The position numbers and the translations under genes were made by a program. A DNA stretch of 64,000 nucleotides from Lingula anatina. Taxonomy: Eukaryota > Animalia > Brachiopoda. Below are positions 30,001 through 45,000 of the stretch, one piece after another. Position 1 is the first letter of the stretch. Every line of letters begins with the position of its first letter. The notes below the pieces were generated by a model. It worked only from the letters and a program-made list of their open reading frames with translations, was not told the origin of the DNA and did no database searches. The stretch is from NCBI GenBank assembly GCA_051362555.1, contig CM120642.1, forward strand, positions 14,384,001-14,448,000. The letters run 5' to 3'.

Positions 30001-33000
30001 GGCGGGAATGGTAAATTGAAGAAATCTAATCCTGTTTTTCTTTTCTTTTTACAGGATGAAGAAGATGATGAGGGACCCCACCCAGACATGGACTTCACTC
30101 TTGGATCAAAGTTAAGGTTAGTAAATTTCATTTTTTTGGGGTGGTGGGATGGGTAAATTGAAGAAATCTAATCTTGTTTTTCTTTTCTTTTTATAGGACG
30201 AAGAAGATGATGAGGGACCCCACCCAGACATGGACTTCACACTTGGATCCAAGCTAAGGTAAGTAAATTTTATTTTTTTGGGGGGGCGGGAATGGTAAAT
30301 TGAAGAAATCTAATCCTGTTTTTTGTTTCTTTTTACAGGACAAAGAAGATGATGAGCGCCCCCAACCGGACATGGACTTCACCCTTGGATTCAAGCTAAG
30401 GTTAGTAAATTTCATTTTTTGGGGTGGGGAGATTAGTAAATTGAAGAAATCTAATCCTGTTTTTCGTTTCTTTTTACAGGACAAAGAAGATGATGAGCGC
30501 CCCCAACTGGACATGGACTTCACCCTTGCATTCAAGCTAAGGTTAGTAAATTTCATTTTTTGGGGGTGGGGGGATTAGTAAATTGAAGAAATCTAATCCT
30601 GTTTTTCGTTTCTTTTTACAGGACAAAGAAGATGATGAGCGCCCCTACCCAGACATGGACTTCACACTTGGATCCAAGCTAAGGTTAGTAAATTTTATTT
30701 TTTCGGGGTGGTGGGATGGGTAAATTGAAGAAATCTAATCTTGTTTTTCGTTTCTTTTTATAGGACGAAGAAGATGAGGGACCCCACCCGGACATGGACT
30801 TCACACTTGGATCCAATCTAAGGTTAGTAAATTTCATTTTTTTGGGGTGGTGGGATGGGTAAATTGAAGAAATCTAATCTTGTTTTTCTTTTTTTTTTAC
30901 AGGATGAAGAAGATGATGAGGGACCCCACCCAGACATGGACTTCACTCTTGGATCCAAGTTAAGGTTAGTAAATTTCATTTTTTTGGGGTGATGGGGTTG
31001 GTAAATTGAAGAAATCTAATCTTGTTTTTCGTTTCTTTTTACAGGACAAAGAAGATGATGAGCGCCCCTACCCAGACATGGACTTCACACTTGGATCCAA
31101 GCTAAGGTTAGTAAATTTTATTTTTTCGGGGTGGCGGGAATGGTAAATTGAAGAAATCTAATCCTGTTTTTCGTTTCTTTTTACAGGACAAAGAAGATGA
31201 TGAGCGCCCCCAACCGGACATGGACTTCACCCTTGGATTCAAGCTAAGGTTAGTAAATTTCATTTTTTGGGGGTGGGGGGATTAGTAAATTGAAGAAATC
31301 TAATCCTGTTTTTCGTTTCTTTTTATAGGACAAAGAAGATGATGAGCGCCCCTACCCAGACATGGACTTCACACTTGGATCCAAGCTAAGGTTAGTAAAT
31401 TTTATTTTTTCGGGGTGGTGGGATGGGTAAATTGAAGAAATCTAATCTTGTTTTTCGTTTCTTTTTATAGGACGAAGAAGATGATGAGGGACCCCACTCG
31501 GACATGGACTTCACACTTGGATCCAAGCTAAGGTTAGTAAATTTCATTTTTTTGGGGTGGTGGGATGGGTAAATTGAAGAAATCTAATCTTGTTTTTCTT
31601 TTATTTTTACAGGATGAAGAAGATGATGAGGGACCCCACCCAGACATGGACTTCATTCTTGGATCCAAGTTAAGGTTAGTAAATTTCATTTTTTTGGGGT
31701 GATGGGGTTGGTAAATTGAAGAAATCTAATCCTGTTTTTCTTTTCTTTTTACAGGACGAAGAAGATGAAGTGAGACCCCAACCGGACATGGACTTCACCC
31801 TTGGATCCAAGCTAAGGTAAGTAAATTTCATTTTTTTGGGGTGGCGGGAATGGTAAATTGAAGAAATCTAATCCTGTTTTTCGTTTCTTTTTACAGGACA
31901 AAGAAGATGATGAGCGCCCCCAACCGGACATGGACTTCACCCTTGGATTCAAGCTAAGGTTAGTAAATTTCATTTTTTGGGGGTGGGGGGATTAGTAAAT
32001 TGAAGAAATCTAATCCTGTTTTTCGTTTCTTTTTACAGGACAAAGAAGATGATGAACGCCCCTACCCAGACATGGACTTCACACTTGGATCCAAGCTAAG
32101 GTTAGTAAATTTCATTTTTTTGGGGTGGTGGGATGGGTAAATTGAAGAAATCTAATCTTGTTTTTCGTTTCTTTTTATAGGACGAAGAAGATGATGAGGG
32201 ACCCCACCCGGATATGGACTTCACACTTGGATCCAAGCTAAGGTTAGTAAATTTCATTTTTTTGGGGTGGTGGGATGGGTAAATTGAAGAAATCTAATCT
32301 TGTTTTTCTTTTCTTTTTACAGGATGAAGAAGATGATAAGGGACCCCACCCAGACATGGACTTCACTCTTGGATCCAAGTTAAGGTTAGTAAATTTCATT
32401 TTTTTGGGGTGGTGGGGTTGGTAAATTGAATAAATCTAATCTTGTTTTTCATTTCTTTTTACAGGATGAAGAAGATGAAGTGAGACCCCAACCGGACATG
32501 GACTTCACCCTTGGATCCAAGCTAAGGTAAGTAAATTTCATTTTTTTTGGGATGGCGGGAATGGTAAATTGAAGAAATCTAATCCTGTTTTTCGTTTCTT
32601 TTTACAGGACAAAGAAGATGATGAGCGCCCCTTCCCAGACATGGACTTCACACTTGGATCCAAGCTAAGGTTAGTAAATTTTATTTTATCGGGGTGGTGG
32701 GATGGGTAAATTAAATAAATCTAATCTTGTTTTTCATTTCTTTTTACAGGACGAAGAAGATGAAGTGAGACCCCAACCGGACATGCACTTCACCCGTGGA
32801 TCCAAGCTAAGGTAAGTAAATTTCATTTTTTTAGGGTGGCGGGAATGGTAAATTGAAGAAATCTAATCCTGTTTTTCTTTTCTTTTTACAGGATGAAGAA
32901 GATGATGAGGGACCCCACCCAGACATGGACTTCACTCTTGGATCAAAGTTAAGGTTAGTAAATTTCATTTTTTTGGGGTGGTGGGATGGGTAAATTGAAG

Positions 33001-36000
33001 AAATCTAATCTTGTTTTTCTTTTCTTTTTATATGACGAAGAAGATGATGAGGGACCCCACCCAGACATGGACTTCACACTTGGATCCAAGCTAAGGTAAG
33101 TAAATTTTATTTTTTGGGGGGGGCGGGAATGGTAAATTGAAGAAATCTAATCCTGTTTTTCGTTTCTTTTTACAGGACAAAGAAGATGATGAGCGCCCCC
33201 AACCGGACATGCACTTCACCCGTGGATCCAAGCTAAGGTAAGCAAATTTCATTTTTTTGGGGTGGCGGGAATGGTAAATTGAAGAAATCTAATCCTGTTT
33301 TTCTTTTCTTTTTACAGGATGAAGAAGATGATGAGGGACCCCACCCAGACATGGACTTCACTCTTGGATCAAAGTTAAGGTTAGTAAATTTCATTTTTTT
33401 GGGGTGGTGGGATGGGTAAATTGAAGAAATCTAATCTTGTTTTTCTTTTCTTTTTATATGACGAAGAAGATGATGAGGGACCCCACCCAGACATGGACTT
33501 CACACTTGGATCCAAGCTAAGGTAAGTAAATTTTATTTTTTTGGGGGGGCGGGAATGGTAAATTGAAGAAATCTAATCCTGTTTTTCGTTTCTTTTTACA
33601 GGACAAAGAAGATGATGAGCGCCCCCAACCGGACATGGACTTCACCCTTGGATTCAAGCTAAGGTTAGTAAATTTCATTTTTTGGGGTGGGGAGATTAGT
33701 AAATTGAAGAAATCTAATCCTGTTTTTCGTTTCTTTTTACAGGACAAAGAAGATGATGAGCGCCCCTTCCCAGACATGGACTTCACACTTGGATCCAAGC
33801 TAAGGTTAGTAAATTTTATTTTTTCGGTGTGGTGGGATGGGTAAATTGAAGAAATCTAATCTTGTTTTTGTTTTCTTTTTACAGAATGAAGAAGATGATG
33901 AGGGACCCCACCCAGATATGGACTTCACACTTGGATCCAAGCTAAGGTTAGTAAATTTCATTTTTTTGGGGTGGTGGGATGGGTAAATTAAATAAATCTA
34001 ATCTTGTTTTTCATTTCTTTTTACAGGATGAAGAAGATGAAGTGAGACCCGTACCGGACATGGACTTCACCCGTGGATCCAAGCTAAGGTAAGTAAATTT
34101 CATTTTTTTGGGGTGGCGGGAATGGTAAATTGAAGAAATCTAATCCTGTTTTTCGTTTCTTTTTACAGGACAAAGAAGATGATGAGCGCCCCCAACCGGA
34201 CATGGACTTCACCCTTGGATTCAAGCTAAGGTTAGTAAATTTCATTTTTTGGGGGTGGGGGGATTAGTAAATTGAAGAAATCTAATCCTGTTTTTCGTTT
34301 CTTTTTACAGGACAAAGAAGATGATGAGCGCCCCTACCCAGACATGGACTTCACACTTGGATCCAAGCTAAGGTTAGTAAATTTCATTTTTTTGGGGTGG
34401 TGGGATGGGTAAATTGAAGAAATCTAATCTTGTTTTTCTTTTCTTTTTACAGGATGAAGCAGATGATGAGGGACCCCACCCAGACATGGACTTCACACTT
34501 GGATCCAAGTTAAGGTTAGTAAATTTCATTTTTTGGGGGGTGATGGGGTTGGTAAATTGAAGAAATCTAATCTTGTTTTTCATTTCTTTTTACAGGACGA
34601 AGAAGATGAAGTGAGACCCCAACCGGACATGGACTTCACCCTTGGATCCAAGCTAAGGTAAGTAAATTTCATTTTTTTGGGGTGGCGGGAATGGTAAATT
34701 GAAGAAATCTAATCCTGTTTTTCGTTTCTTTTTACAGGACAAAGAAGATGATGAGCGCCCCCAACCGGACATGGACTTCACCCTTGGATTCAAGCTAAGG
34801 TTAGTAAATTTCATTTTTTGGGGGTGGGGGGATTAGTAAATTGAAGAAATCTAATCCTGTTTTTCGTTTCTTTTTACAGGACAAAGAAGATGATGAGCAC
34901 CCCTACCCAGACATGGACTTCACACTTGGATCCAAGCTAAGGTTAGTAAATTTTATTTTTTCGGGGTGGTGGGATGGGTAAATTGAAGAAATCTAATCTT
35001 GTTTTTCGTTTCTTTTTATAGGACGAAGAAAATGATGAGGGACCCCACCCGGAAATGGACTTCACACTTGGATCCAAGCTAAGGTTAGTAAATTTCATTT
35101 TTTTGGGGTGGTGGGATGGGTAAATTGAAGAAATCTAATCTTGTTTTTCTTTTTTTTTTTACAGGATGAAGAAGATGATGAGGGACCCCACCCAGACATG
35201 GACTTCACTCTTGGATCCAAGTTAAGGTTAGTAAATTTCATTTTTTTGGGGTGATGGGGTTGGTATATTGAAGAAATCTAATCTTGTTTTTCATTTCTTT
35301 TTACAGGACGAAGAAGATGAAGTGAGACCCCAACCGGACATGGACTTCACCCTTGGATCCAAGCTAAGGTAAGTAAATTTCATTTTTTTGGGGTGGCGGG
35401 AATGGTATATTGAAGAAATCTAATCCTGTTTTTCGTTTCTTTTTACAGGACAAAGAAGATGATGAGCGCCCCCAACCGGACATGGACTTCACCCTTGGAT
35501 TCAAGCTAAGGTTAGTAAATTTCATTTTTTAGGGGTGGGGGGATTAGTAAATTGAAGAAATCTAATCCTGTTTTTCGTTTCTTTTTACAGGACAAAGAAG
35601 ATGATGAGCGCCCCTACCCAGACATGGACTTCACACTTGGATCCAAGCTAAGGTTAGTAAATTTTATTTTTTCGGGGTGGTGGGATGGGTAAATTGAAGA
35701 AATCTAATCTTGTTTTTCGTTTCTTTTTATAGGACGAAGAAGATGATGAGGGACCCCACTCGGACATGAACTTCACACTTGGATCCAAGCTAAGGTTAGT
35801 AAATTTCATTTTTTTGGGGTGGTGGGATGGGTAAATTGAAGAAATCTAATCTTGTTTTTCTTTTATTTTTACAGGATGAAGAAGATGATGAGGGACCCCA
35901 CCCAGACATGGACTTCATTCTTGGATCCAAGTTAAGGTTAGTAAATTTCATTTTTTTGGGGTGATGGGGTTGGTAAATTGAAGAAATCTAATCCTGTTTT

Positions 36001-39000
36001 TCTTTTCTTTTTACAGGACGAAGAAGATGAAGTGAGACCCCAACCGGACATGGACTTCACCCTTGGATCCAAGCTAAGGTAAGTAAATTTCATTTTTTTG
36101 GGGTGGCGGGAATGGTAAATTGAAGAAATCTAATCCTGTTTTTCGTTTCTTTTTACAGGACAAAGAAGATGATGAGCGCCCCCAACCGGACATGGACTTC
36201 ACCCTTGGATTCAAGCTAAGGTTAGTAAATTTCATTTTTTGGGGGTGGGGGGATTAGTAAATTGACGAAATCTAATCCTGTTTTTCGTTTCTTTTTACAG
36301 GACAAAGAAGATGATGAACGCCCCTACCCAGACATGGACTTCACACTTGGATCCAAGCTAAGGTTAGTAAATTTCATTTTTTTGGGGTGGTGGGATGGGT
36401 AAATTGAAGAAATCTAATCTTGTTTTTCGTTTCTTTTTATAGGACGAAGAAGATGATGAGGGACCCCACCCGGACATGGACTTCACACTTGGATCCAAGC
36501 TAAGGTTAGTAAATTTCATTTTTTTGGGGTGGTGGGATGGGTAAATTGAAGAAATCTAATCTTGTTTTTCTTTTCTTTTTACAGGATGAAGAAGATGATA
36601 AGGGACCCCACCCAGACATGGACTTCACTCTTGGATCCAAGTTAAGGTTAGTAAATTTCATTTTTTTGGGGTGGTGGGGTTGGTAAATTGAATAAATCTA
36701 ATCTTGTTTTTCATTTCTTTTTACAGGATGAAGAAGATGAAGTGAGACCCCAACCGGACATGGACTTCACCCTTGGATCCAAGCTAAGGTAAGTAAATTT
36801 CATTTTTTTTGGGATGGCGGGAATGGTAAATTGAAGAAATCTAATCCTGTTTTTCGTTTCTTTTTACAGGACAAAGAAGATGATGAGCGCCCCTTCCCAG
36901 ACATGGACTTCACACTTGGATCCAAGCTAAGGTTAGTAAATTTTATTTTATCGGGGTGGTGGGATGGGTAAATTAAATAAATCTAATCTTGTTTTTCATT
37001 TCTTTTTACAGGACGAAGAAGATGAAGTGAGACCCCAACCGGACATGCACTTCACCCGTGGATCCAAGCTAAGGTAAGTAAATTTCATTTTTTTAGGGTG
37101 GCGGGAATGGTAAATTGAAGAAATCTAATCCTGTTTTTCTTTTCTTTTTACAGGATGAAGAAGATGGTGAGGGACCCCACCTAGACATGGACTTCACTCT
37201 TGGATCAAAGTTAAGGTTAGTAAATTTCATTTTTTTGGGGTGGTGGGATGGGTAAATTGAAGAAATCTAATCTTGTTTTTCTTTTCTTTTTATATGACGA
37301 AGAAGATGATGAGGGACCCCACCCAGACATGGACTTCACACTTGGATCCAAGCTAAGGTAAGTAAATTTTATTTTTTTGGGGGGGCGGGAATGGTAAATT
37401 GAAGAAATCTAATCCTGTTTTTCGTTTCTTTTTACAGGACAAAGAAGATGATGAGCGCCCCCAACCGGACATGCACTTCACCCGTGGATCCAAGCTAAGG
37501 TAAGTAAATTTCATTTTTTTGGGGTGGCGGGAATGGTAAATTGAAGAAATCTAATCCTGTTTTTCTTTTCTTTTTACAGGATGAAGAAGATGATGAGGGA
37601 CCCCACCCAGACATGGACTTCACTCTTGGATCAAAGTTAAGGTTAGTAAATTTCATTTTTTTGGGGTGGTGGGATGGGTAAATTGAAGAAATCTAATCTT
37701 GTTTTTCTTTTCTTTTTATATGACGAAGAAGATGATGAGGGACCCCACCCAGACATGGACTTCACACTTGGATCCAAGCTAAGGTAAGTAAATTTTATTT
37801 TTTTGGGGGGGCGGGAATGGTAAATTGAAGAAATCTAATCCTGTTTTTCGTTTCTTTTTACAGGACAAAGAAGATGATGAGCGCCCCCAACCGGACATGG
37901 ACTTCACCCTTGGATTCAAGCTAAGGTTAGTAAATTTCATTTTTTGGGGTGGGGAGATTAGTAAATTGAAGAAATCTAATCCTGTTTTTCGTTTCTTTTT
38001 ACAGGACAAAGAAGATGATGAGCGCCCCTTCCCAGACATGGACTTCACACTTGGATCCAAGCTAAGGTTAGTAAATTTTATTTTTTCGGTGTGGTGGGAT
38101 GGGTAAATTGAAGAAATCTAATCTTGTTTTTGTTTTCTTTTTACAGAATGAAGAAGATGATGAGGGACCCCACCCAGATATGGACTTCACACTTGGATCC
38201 AAGCTAAGGTTAGTAAATTTCATTTTTTTGGGGTGGTGGGATGGGTAAATTAAATAAATCTAATCTTGTTTTTCATTTCTTTTTACAGGATGAAGAAGAT
38301 GAAGTGAGACCCGTACTGGACATGGACTTCACCCGTGGATCCAAGCTAAGGTAAGTAAATTTCATTTTTTTGGGGTGGCGGGAATGGTAAATTGAAGAAA
38401 TCTAATCCTGTTTTTCGTTTCTTTTTACAGGACAAAGAAGATGATGAGCGCCCCCAACCGGACATGGACTTCACCCTTGGATTCAAGCTAAGGTTAGTAA
38501 ATTTCATTTTTTGGGGGTGGGGGGATTAGTAAATTGAAGAAATCTAATCCTGTTTTTCGTTTCTTTTTACAGGACAAAGAAGATGATGAGCGCCCCCTAC
38601 CCAGACATGGACTTCACACTTGGATCCAAGCTAAGGTTAGTAAATTTCATTTTTTTGGGGTGGTGGGATGGGTAAATTGAAGAAATCTAATCTTGTTTTT
38701 CTTTTCTTTTTACAGGATGAAGCAGATGATGAGGGACCCCACCCAGACATGGACTTCACACTTGGATCCAAGTTAAGGTTAGTAAATTTCATTTTTTTGG
38801 GGGTGATGGGGTTGGTAAATTGAAGAAATCTAATCTTGTTTTTCATTTCTTTTTACAGGACGAAGAAGATGAAGTGAGACCCCAACCGGACATGGACTTC
38901 ACCCTTGGATCCAAGCTAAGGTAAGTAAATTTCATTTTTTTGGGGTGGCGGGAATGGTAAATTGAAGAAATCTAATCCTGTTTTTCGTTTCTTTTTACAG

Positions 39001-42000
39001 GACAAAGAAGATGATGAGCGCCCCCAACCGGACATGGACTTCACCCTTGGATTCAAGCTAAGGTTAGTAAATTTCATTTTTTTGGGGTGGGGGGATTAGT
39101 AAATTGAAGAAATCTAATCCTGTTTTTCGTTTCTTTTTACAGGACAAAGAAGATGATGAGCACCCCTACCCAGACATGGACTTCACACTTGGATCCAAGC
39201 TAAGGTTAGTAAATTTTATTTTTTCGGGGTGGTGGGATGGGTAAATTGAAGAAATCTAATCTTGTTTTTCGTTTCTTTTTATAGGACGAAGAAAATGATG
39301 AGGGACCCCACCCGGACATGGACTTCACACTTGGATCCAAGCTAAGGTTAGTAAATTTCATTTTTTTGGGGTGGTGGGATGGGTAAATTGAAGAAATCTA
39401 ATCTTGTTTTTCTTTTTTTTTTACAGGATGAAGAAGATGATGAGGGACCCCACCCAGACATGGACTTCACTCTTGGATCCAAGTTAAGGTTAGTAAATTT
39501 CATTTTTTTGGGGTGATGGGGTTGGTATATTGAAGAAATCTAATCTTGTTTTTCATTTCTTTTTACAGGACGAAGAAGATGAAGTGAGACCCCAACCGGA
39601 CATGGACTTCACCCTTGGATCCAAGCTAAGGTAAGTAAATTTCATTTTTTTGGGGTGGCGGGAATGGTATATTGAAGAAATCTAATCCTGTTTTTCGTTT
39701 CTTTTTACAGGACAAAGAAGATGATGAGCGCCCCCAACCGGACATGGACTTCACCCTTGGATTCAAGCTAAGGTTAGTAAATTTCATTTTTTAGGGGTGG
39801 GGGGATTAGTAAATTGAAGAAATCTAATCCTGTTTTTCGTTTCTTTTTACAGGACAAAGAAGATGATGAGCGCCCCTACCCAGACATGGACTTCACACTT
39901 GGATCCAAGCTAAGGTTAGTAAATTTTATTTTTTCGGGGTGGTGGGATGGGTAAATTGAAGAAATCTAATCTTGTTTTTCGTTTCTTTTTATAGGACGAA
40001 GAAGATGATGAGGGACCCCACTCGGACATGGACTTCACACTTGGATCCAAGCTAAGGTTAGTAAATTTCATTTTTTTGGGGTGGTGGGATGGGTAAATTG
40101 AAGAAATCTAATCTTGTTTTTCTTTTATTTTTACAGGATGAAGAAGATGATGAGGGACCCCACCCAGACATGGACTTCATTCTTGGATCCAAGTTAAGGT
40201 TAGTAAATTTCATTTTTTTGGGGTGATGGGGTTGGTAAATTGAAGAAATCTAATCCTGTTTTTCTTTTCTTTTTACAGGACGAAGAAGATGAAGTGAGAC
40301 CCCAACCGGACATGGACTTCACCCTTGGATCCAAGCTAAGGTAAGTAAATTTCATTTTTTTGGGGTGGCGGGAATGGTAAATTGAAGAAATCTAATCCTG
40401 TTTTTCGTTTCTTTTTACAGGACAAAGAAGATGATGAGCGCCCCCAACCGGACATGGACTTCACCCTTGGATTCAAGCTAAGGTTAGTAAATTTCATTTT
40501 TTGGGGGTGGGGGGATTAGTAAATTGACGAAATCTAATCCTGTTTTTCGTTTCTTTTTACAGGACAAAGAAGATGATGAACGCCCCTACCCAGACATGGA
40601 CTTCACACTTGGATCCAAGCTAAGGTTAGTAAATTTCATTTTTTTGGGGTGGTGGGATGGGTAAATTGAAGAAATCTAATCTTGTTTTTCGTTTCTTTTT
40701 ATAGGACGAAGAAGATGATGAGGGACCCCACCCGGACATGGACTTCACACTTGGATCCAAGCTAAGGTTAGTAAATTTCATTTTTTTGGGGTGGTGGGAT
40801 GGGTAAATTGAAGAAATCTAATCTTGTTTTTCTTTTCTTTTTACAGGATGAAGAAGATGATAAGGGACCCCACCCAGACATGGACTTCACTCTTGGATCC
40901 AAGTTAAGGTTAGTAAATTTCATTTTTTTGGGGTGGTGGGGTTGGTAAATTGAATAAATCTAATCTTGTTTTTCATTTCTTTTTACAGGATGAAGAAGAT
41001 GAAGTGAGACCCCAACCGGACATGGACTTCACCCTTGGATCCAAGCTAAGGTAAGTAAATTTCATTTTTTTTGGGATGGCGGGAATGGTAAATTGAAGAA
41101 ATCTAATCCTGTTTTTCGTTTCTTTTTACAGGACAAAGAAGATGATGAGCGCCCCTTCCCAGACATGGACTTCACACTTGGATCCAAGCTAAGGTTAGTA
41201 AATTTTATTTTATCGGGGTGGTGGGATGGGTAAATTAAATAAATCTAATCTTGTTTTTCATTTCTTTTTACAGGACGAAGAAGATGAAGTGAGACCCCAA
41301 CCGGACATGGACTTCACCCGTGGATCCAAGCTAAGGTAAGTAAATTTCATTTTTTTGGGGTGGCGGGAATGGTAAATTGAAGAAATCTAATCCTGTTTTT
41401 CTTTTCTTTTTACAGGATGAAGAAGATGATGAGGGACCCCACCCAGACATGGACTTCACTCTTGGATCAAAGTTAAGGTTAGTAAATTTCATTTTTTTGG
41501 GGTGGTGGGATGGGTAAATTGAAGAAATCTAATCTTGTTTTTCTTTTCTTTTTATAGGACGAAGAAGATGATGAGGGACCCCACCCAGACATGGACTTCA
41601 CACTTGGATCCAAGCTAAGGTAAGTAAATTTTATTTTTTTGGGGGAGCGGGAATGGTAAATTGAAGAAATCTAATCCTGTTTTTCGTTTCTTTTTACAGG
41701 ACAAAGAAGATGATGAGCGCCCCCAACCGGACATGGACTTCACCCTTGGATTCAAGCTAAGGTTAGTAAATTTCATTTTTTGGGGTGGGGAGATTAGTAA
41801 ATTGAAGAAATCTAATCCTGTTTTTCGTTTCTTTTTACAGGACAAAGAAGATGATGAGCGCCCCTTCCCAGACATGGACTTCACACTTGGATCCAAGCTA
41901 AGGTTAGTAAATTTTATTTTTTCGGTGTGGTGGGATGGGTAAATTGAAGAAATCTAATCTTGTTTTTGTTTTCTTTTTACAGAATGAAGAAGATGATGAG

Positions 42001-45000
42001 GGACCCCACCCAGATATGGACTTCACACTTGGATCCAAGCTAAGGTTAGTAAATTTCATTTTTTTTATGGTGGTGGGATGGGTAAATTAAATAAATCTAA
42101 TCTTGTTTTTCATTTCTTTTTACAGGACGAAGAAGATGAAGTGAGACCCGAACTGGACATGGACTTCACCCGTGGATCCAAGCTAAGGTAAGTAAATTTC
42201 ATTTTTTTGGGGTGGCGGGAATGGTAAATTGAAGAAATCTAATCCTGTTTTTCGTTTCTTTTTACAGGACAAAGAAGATGATGAGCGCCCCCAACCGGAC
42301 ATGGACTTCACCCTTGGATTCAAGCTAAGGTTAATAAATTTCATTTTTTGGGGGTGGGGGGATTAGTAAATTGAAGAAATCTAATCCTGTTTTTCGTTTC
42401 TTTTTACAGGACAAAGAAGATGATGAGCGCCCCTACCCAGACATGGACTTCACACTTGGATCCAAGCTAAGGTTAGTAAATTTCATTTTTTTGGGGTTGT
42501 GGGATGGGTAAATTGAAGAAATCTAATCTTGTTTTTCTTTTCTTTTTACAGGATGAAGCAGATGATGAGGGACCCCACCCAGACATGGACTTCACACTTG
42601 GATCCAAGTTAAGGTTAGTAAATTTCATTTTTTTTGGGGTGATGGGGTTGGTAAATTGAAGAAATCTAATCTTGTTTTTCATTTCTTTTTACAGGATGAA
42701 GAAGATGATAAGGGACCCCACCCAGACATGGACTTCACTCTTGGATCCAAGTTAAGGTTAGTAAATTTCATTTTTTTGGGGTGGCGGGAATGGTAAATTG
42801 AAGAAATCTAATCCTGTTTTTCGTTTCTTTTTACAGGACAAAGAAGATGATGAGCGCCCCCAACCGGACATGGACTTCACCCTTGGATTCAAGCTAAGGT
42901 TAGTAAATTTCATTTTTTGGGGGTGGGGGGATTAGTAAATTGAAGAAATCTAATCCTGTTTTTCGTTTCTTTTTACAGGACAAAGAAGATGATGAGCACC
43001 CCTACCCAGACATGGACTTCACACTTGGATCCAAGCTAAGGTTAGTAAATTTTATTTTTTCGGGGTGGTGGGATGGGAAAATTGAAGAAATCTAATCTTG
43101 TTTTTCGTTTCTTTTTATAGGACGAAGAAGATGATGAGGGACCCCACCCGGGCATGGACTTCACACTTGGATCCAAGCTAAGGTTAGTAAATTTCATTTT
43201 TTTGGGGTGGTGGGATGGGTAAATTGAAGAAATCTAATCTTGTTTTTCTTTTTTTTTTACAGGATGAAGAAGATGATGAGGGACCCCACCCAGACATGGA
43301 CTTCACTCTTGGATCCAAGTTAAGGTTAGTAAATTTCATTTTTTTGGGGTGATGGGGTTGGTAAATTGAAGAAATCTAATCTTGTTTTTCATTTCTTTTT
43401 ACAGGACGAAGAAGATGAAGTGAGACCCCAACCGGACATGGACTTCACCCTTGGATCCAAGCTAAGGTAAGTAAATTTCATTTTTTGGGGGGGCGGGAAT
43501 GGTAAATTGAAGAAATCTAATCCTGTTTCTCGTTTCTTTTTACAGGACAAAGAAGATGATGAGCGCCCCCAACCGGACATGGACTTCACCCTTGGATTCA
43601 AGCTAAGGTTAGTAAATGTCATTTTTTGGGGGTGGGGGGATTAGTAAATTGAAGAAATCTAATCCTGTTTTTCGTTTCTTTTTACAGGACAAAGAAGATG
43701 ATGAGTGCCCCTACCCAGACATGGACTTCACACTTGGATCCAAGCTAAGGTTAGTAAATTTCATTTTTTTGGGGTGGTGGGATGGGTAAATTGAAGAAAT
43801 CTAATCTTGTTTTTCGTTTCTTTTTATAGAACGAAGAAGATGATGAGGGACCCCACCCGGACATGGACTTCACACTTGGATCCAAGCTAAGGTTAGTAAA
43901 TTTTATTTTATCGGGGTGGTGGGATGGGTAAATTAAATAAATCTAATCTTGTTTTTCATTTCTTTTTACAGGACGAAGAAGATGAAGTGAGACCCCAACC
44001 GGACATGGACTTCACCCGTGGATCCAAGCTAAGGTTAGTAAATTTCATTTTTTGGGGGCGGGGGGATTAGTAAATTGAAGAAATCTAATCCTGTTTTTCG
44101 TTTCTTTTTACAGGACAAAGAAGATGATGAGCGCCCCTACCCAGACATGGACTTCACACTTGGATCCAAGCTAAGGTTAGTAAATTTTACTTTTTCGGGA
44201 TGGTGGGATGGGTAAATTGAAGAAATCTAATCTTGTTTTTCTTTTCTTTTTACAGGATGAAGAAGATGATAAGGGACCCCACCCAGACATGGACTTCACT
44301 CTTGGATCCAAGTTAAGGTTAGTAAATTTCATTTTTTTGGGGTGGTGGGATGGGTAAATTAAATAAATCTAATCTTCTTTTTCATTTCTTTTTACAGGAC
44401 GAAGAAGATGAAGTGAGATCCCAACCGGACATGGACTTCACCCTTGGATCCAAGCTAAGGTAAGTAAATTTTATTTTTTTGGGGTGGCGGGAATGGTAAA
44501 TTGAAGAAATCTAATCCTGTTTTTCGTTTCTTTTTACAGGACAAAGAAGATGATGAGCGCCCCCAACCGGACATGGACTTCACCCTTGGATTCAAGCTAA
44601 GGTTAGTAAATTTCATTTTTTGGGGTGGGGAGATTAGTAAATTGAAGAAATCTAATCCTGTTTTTCGTTTCTTTTTACAGGACAAAGAAGATGATGAGCG
44701 CCCCTTCCCAGACATGGACTTCACACTTGGATCCAAGCTAAGGTTAGTAAATTTTATTTTTTCGGTGTGGTGGGATGGGTAAATTTAAGAAATCTAATCT
44801 TGTTTTTGTTTTCTTTTTACAGAATGAAGAAGATGATGAGGGACCCCACCCAGATATGGACTTCACACTTGGATCCAAGCTAAGGTTAGTAAATTTCATT
44901 TTTTTGGGGTGGTGGGATGGGTAAATTAAATAAATCTAATCTTGTTTTTCATTTCTTTTTACAGGACGAAGAAGATGAAGTGAGACCCCAACCGGACATG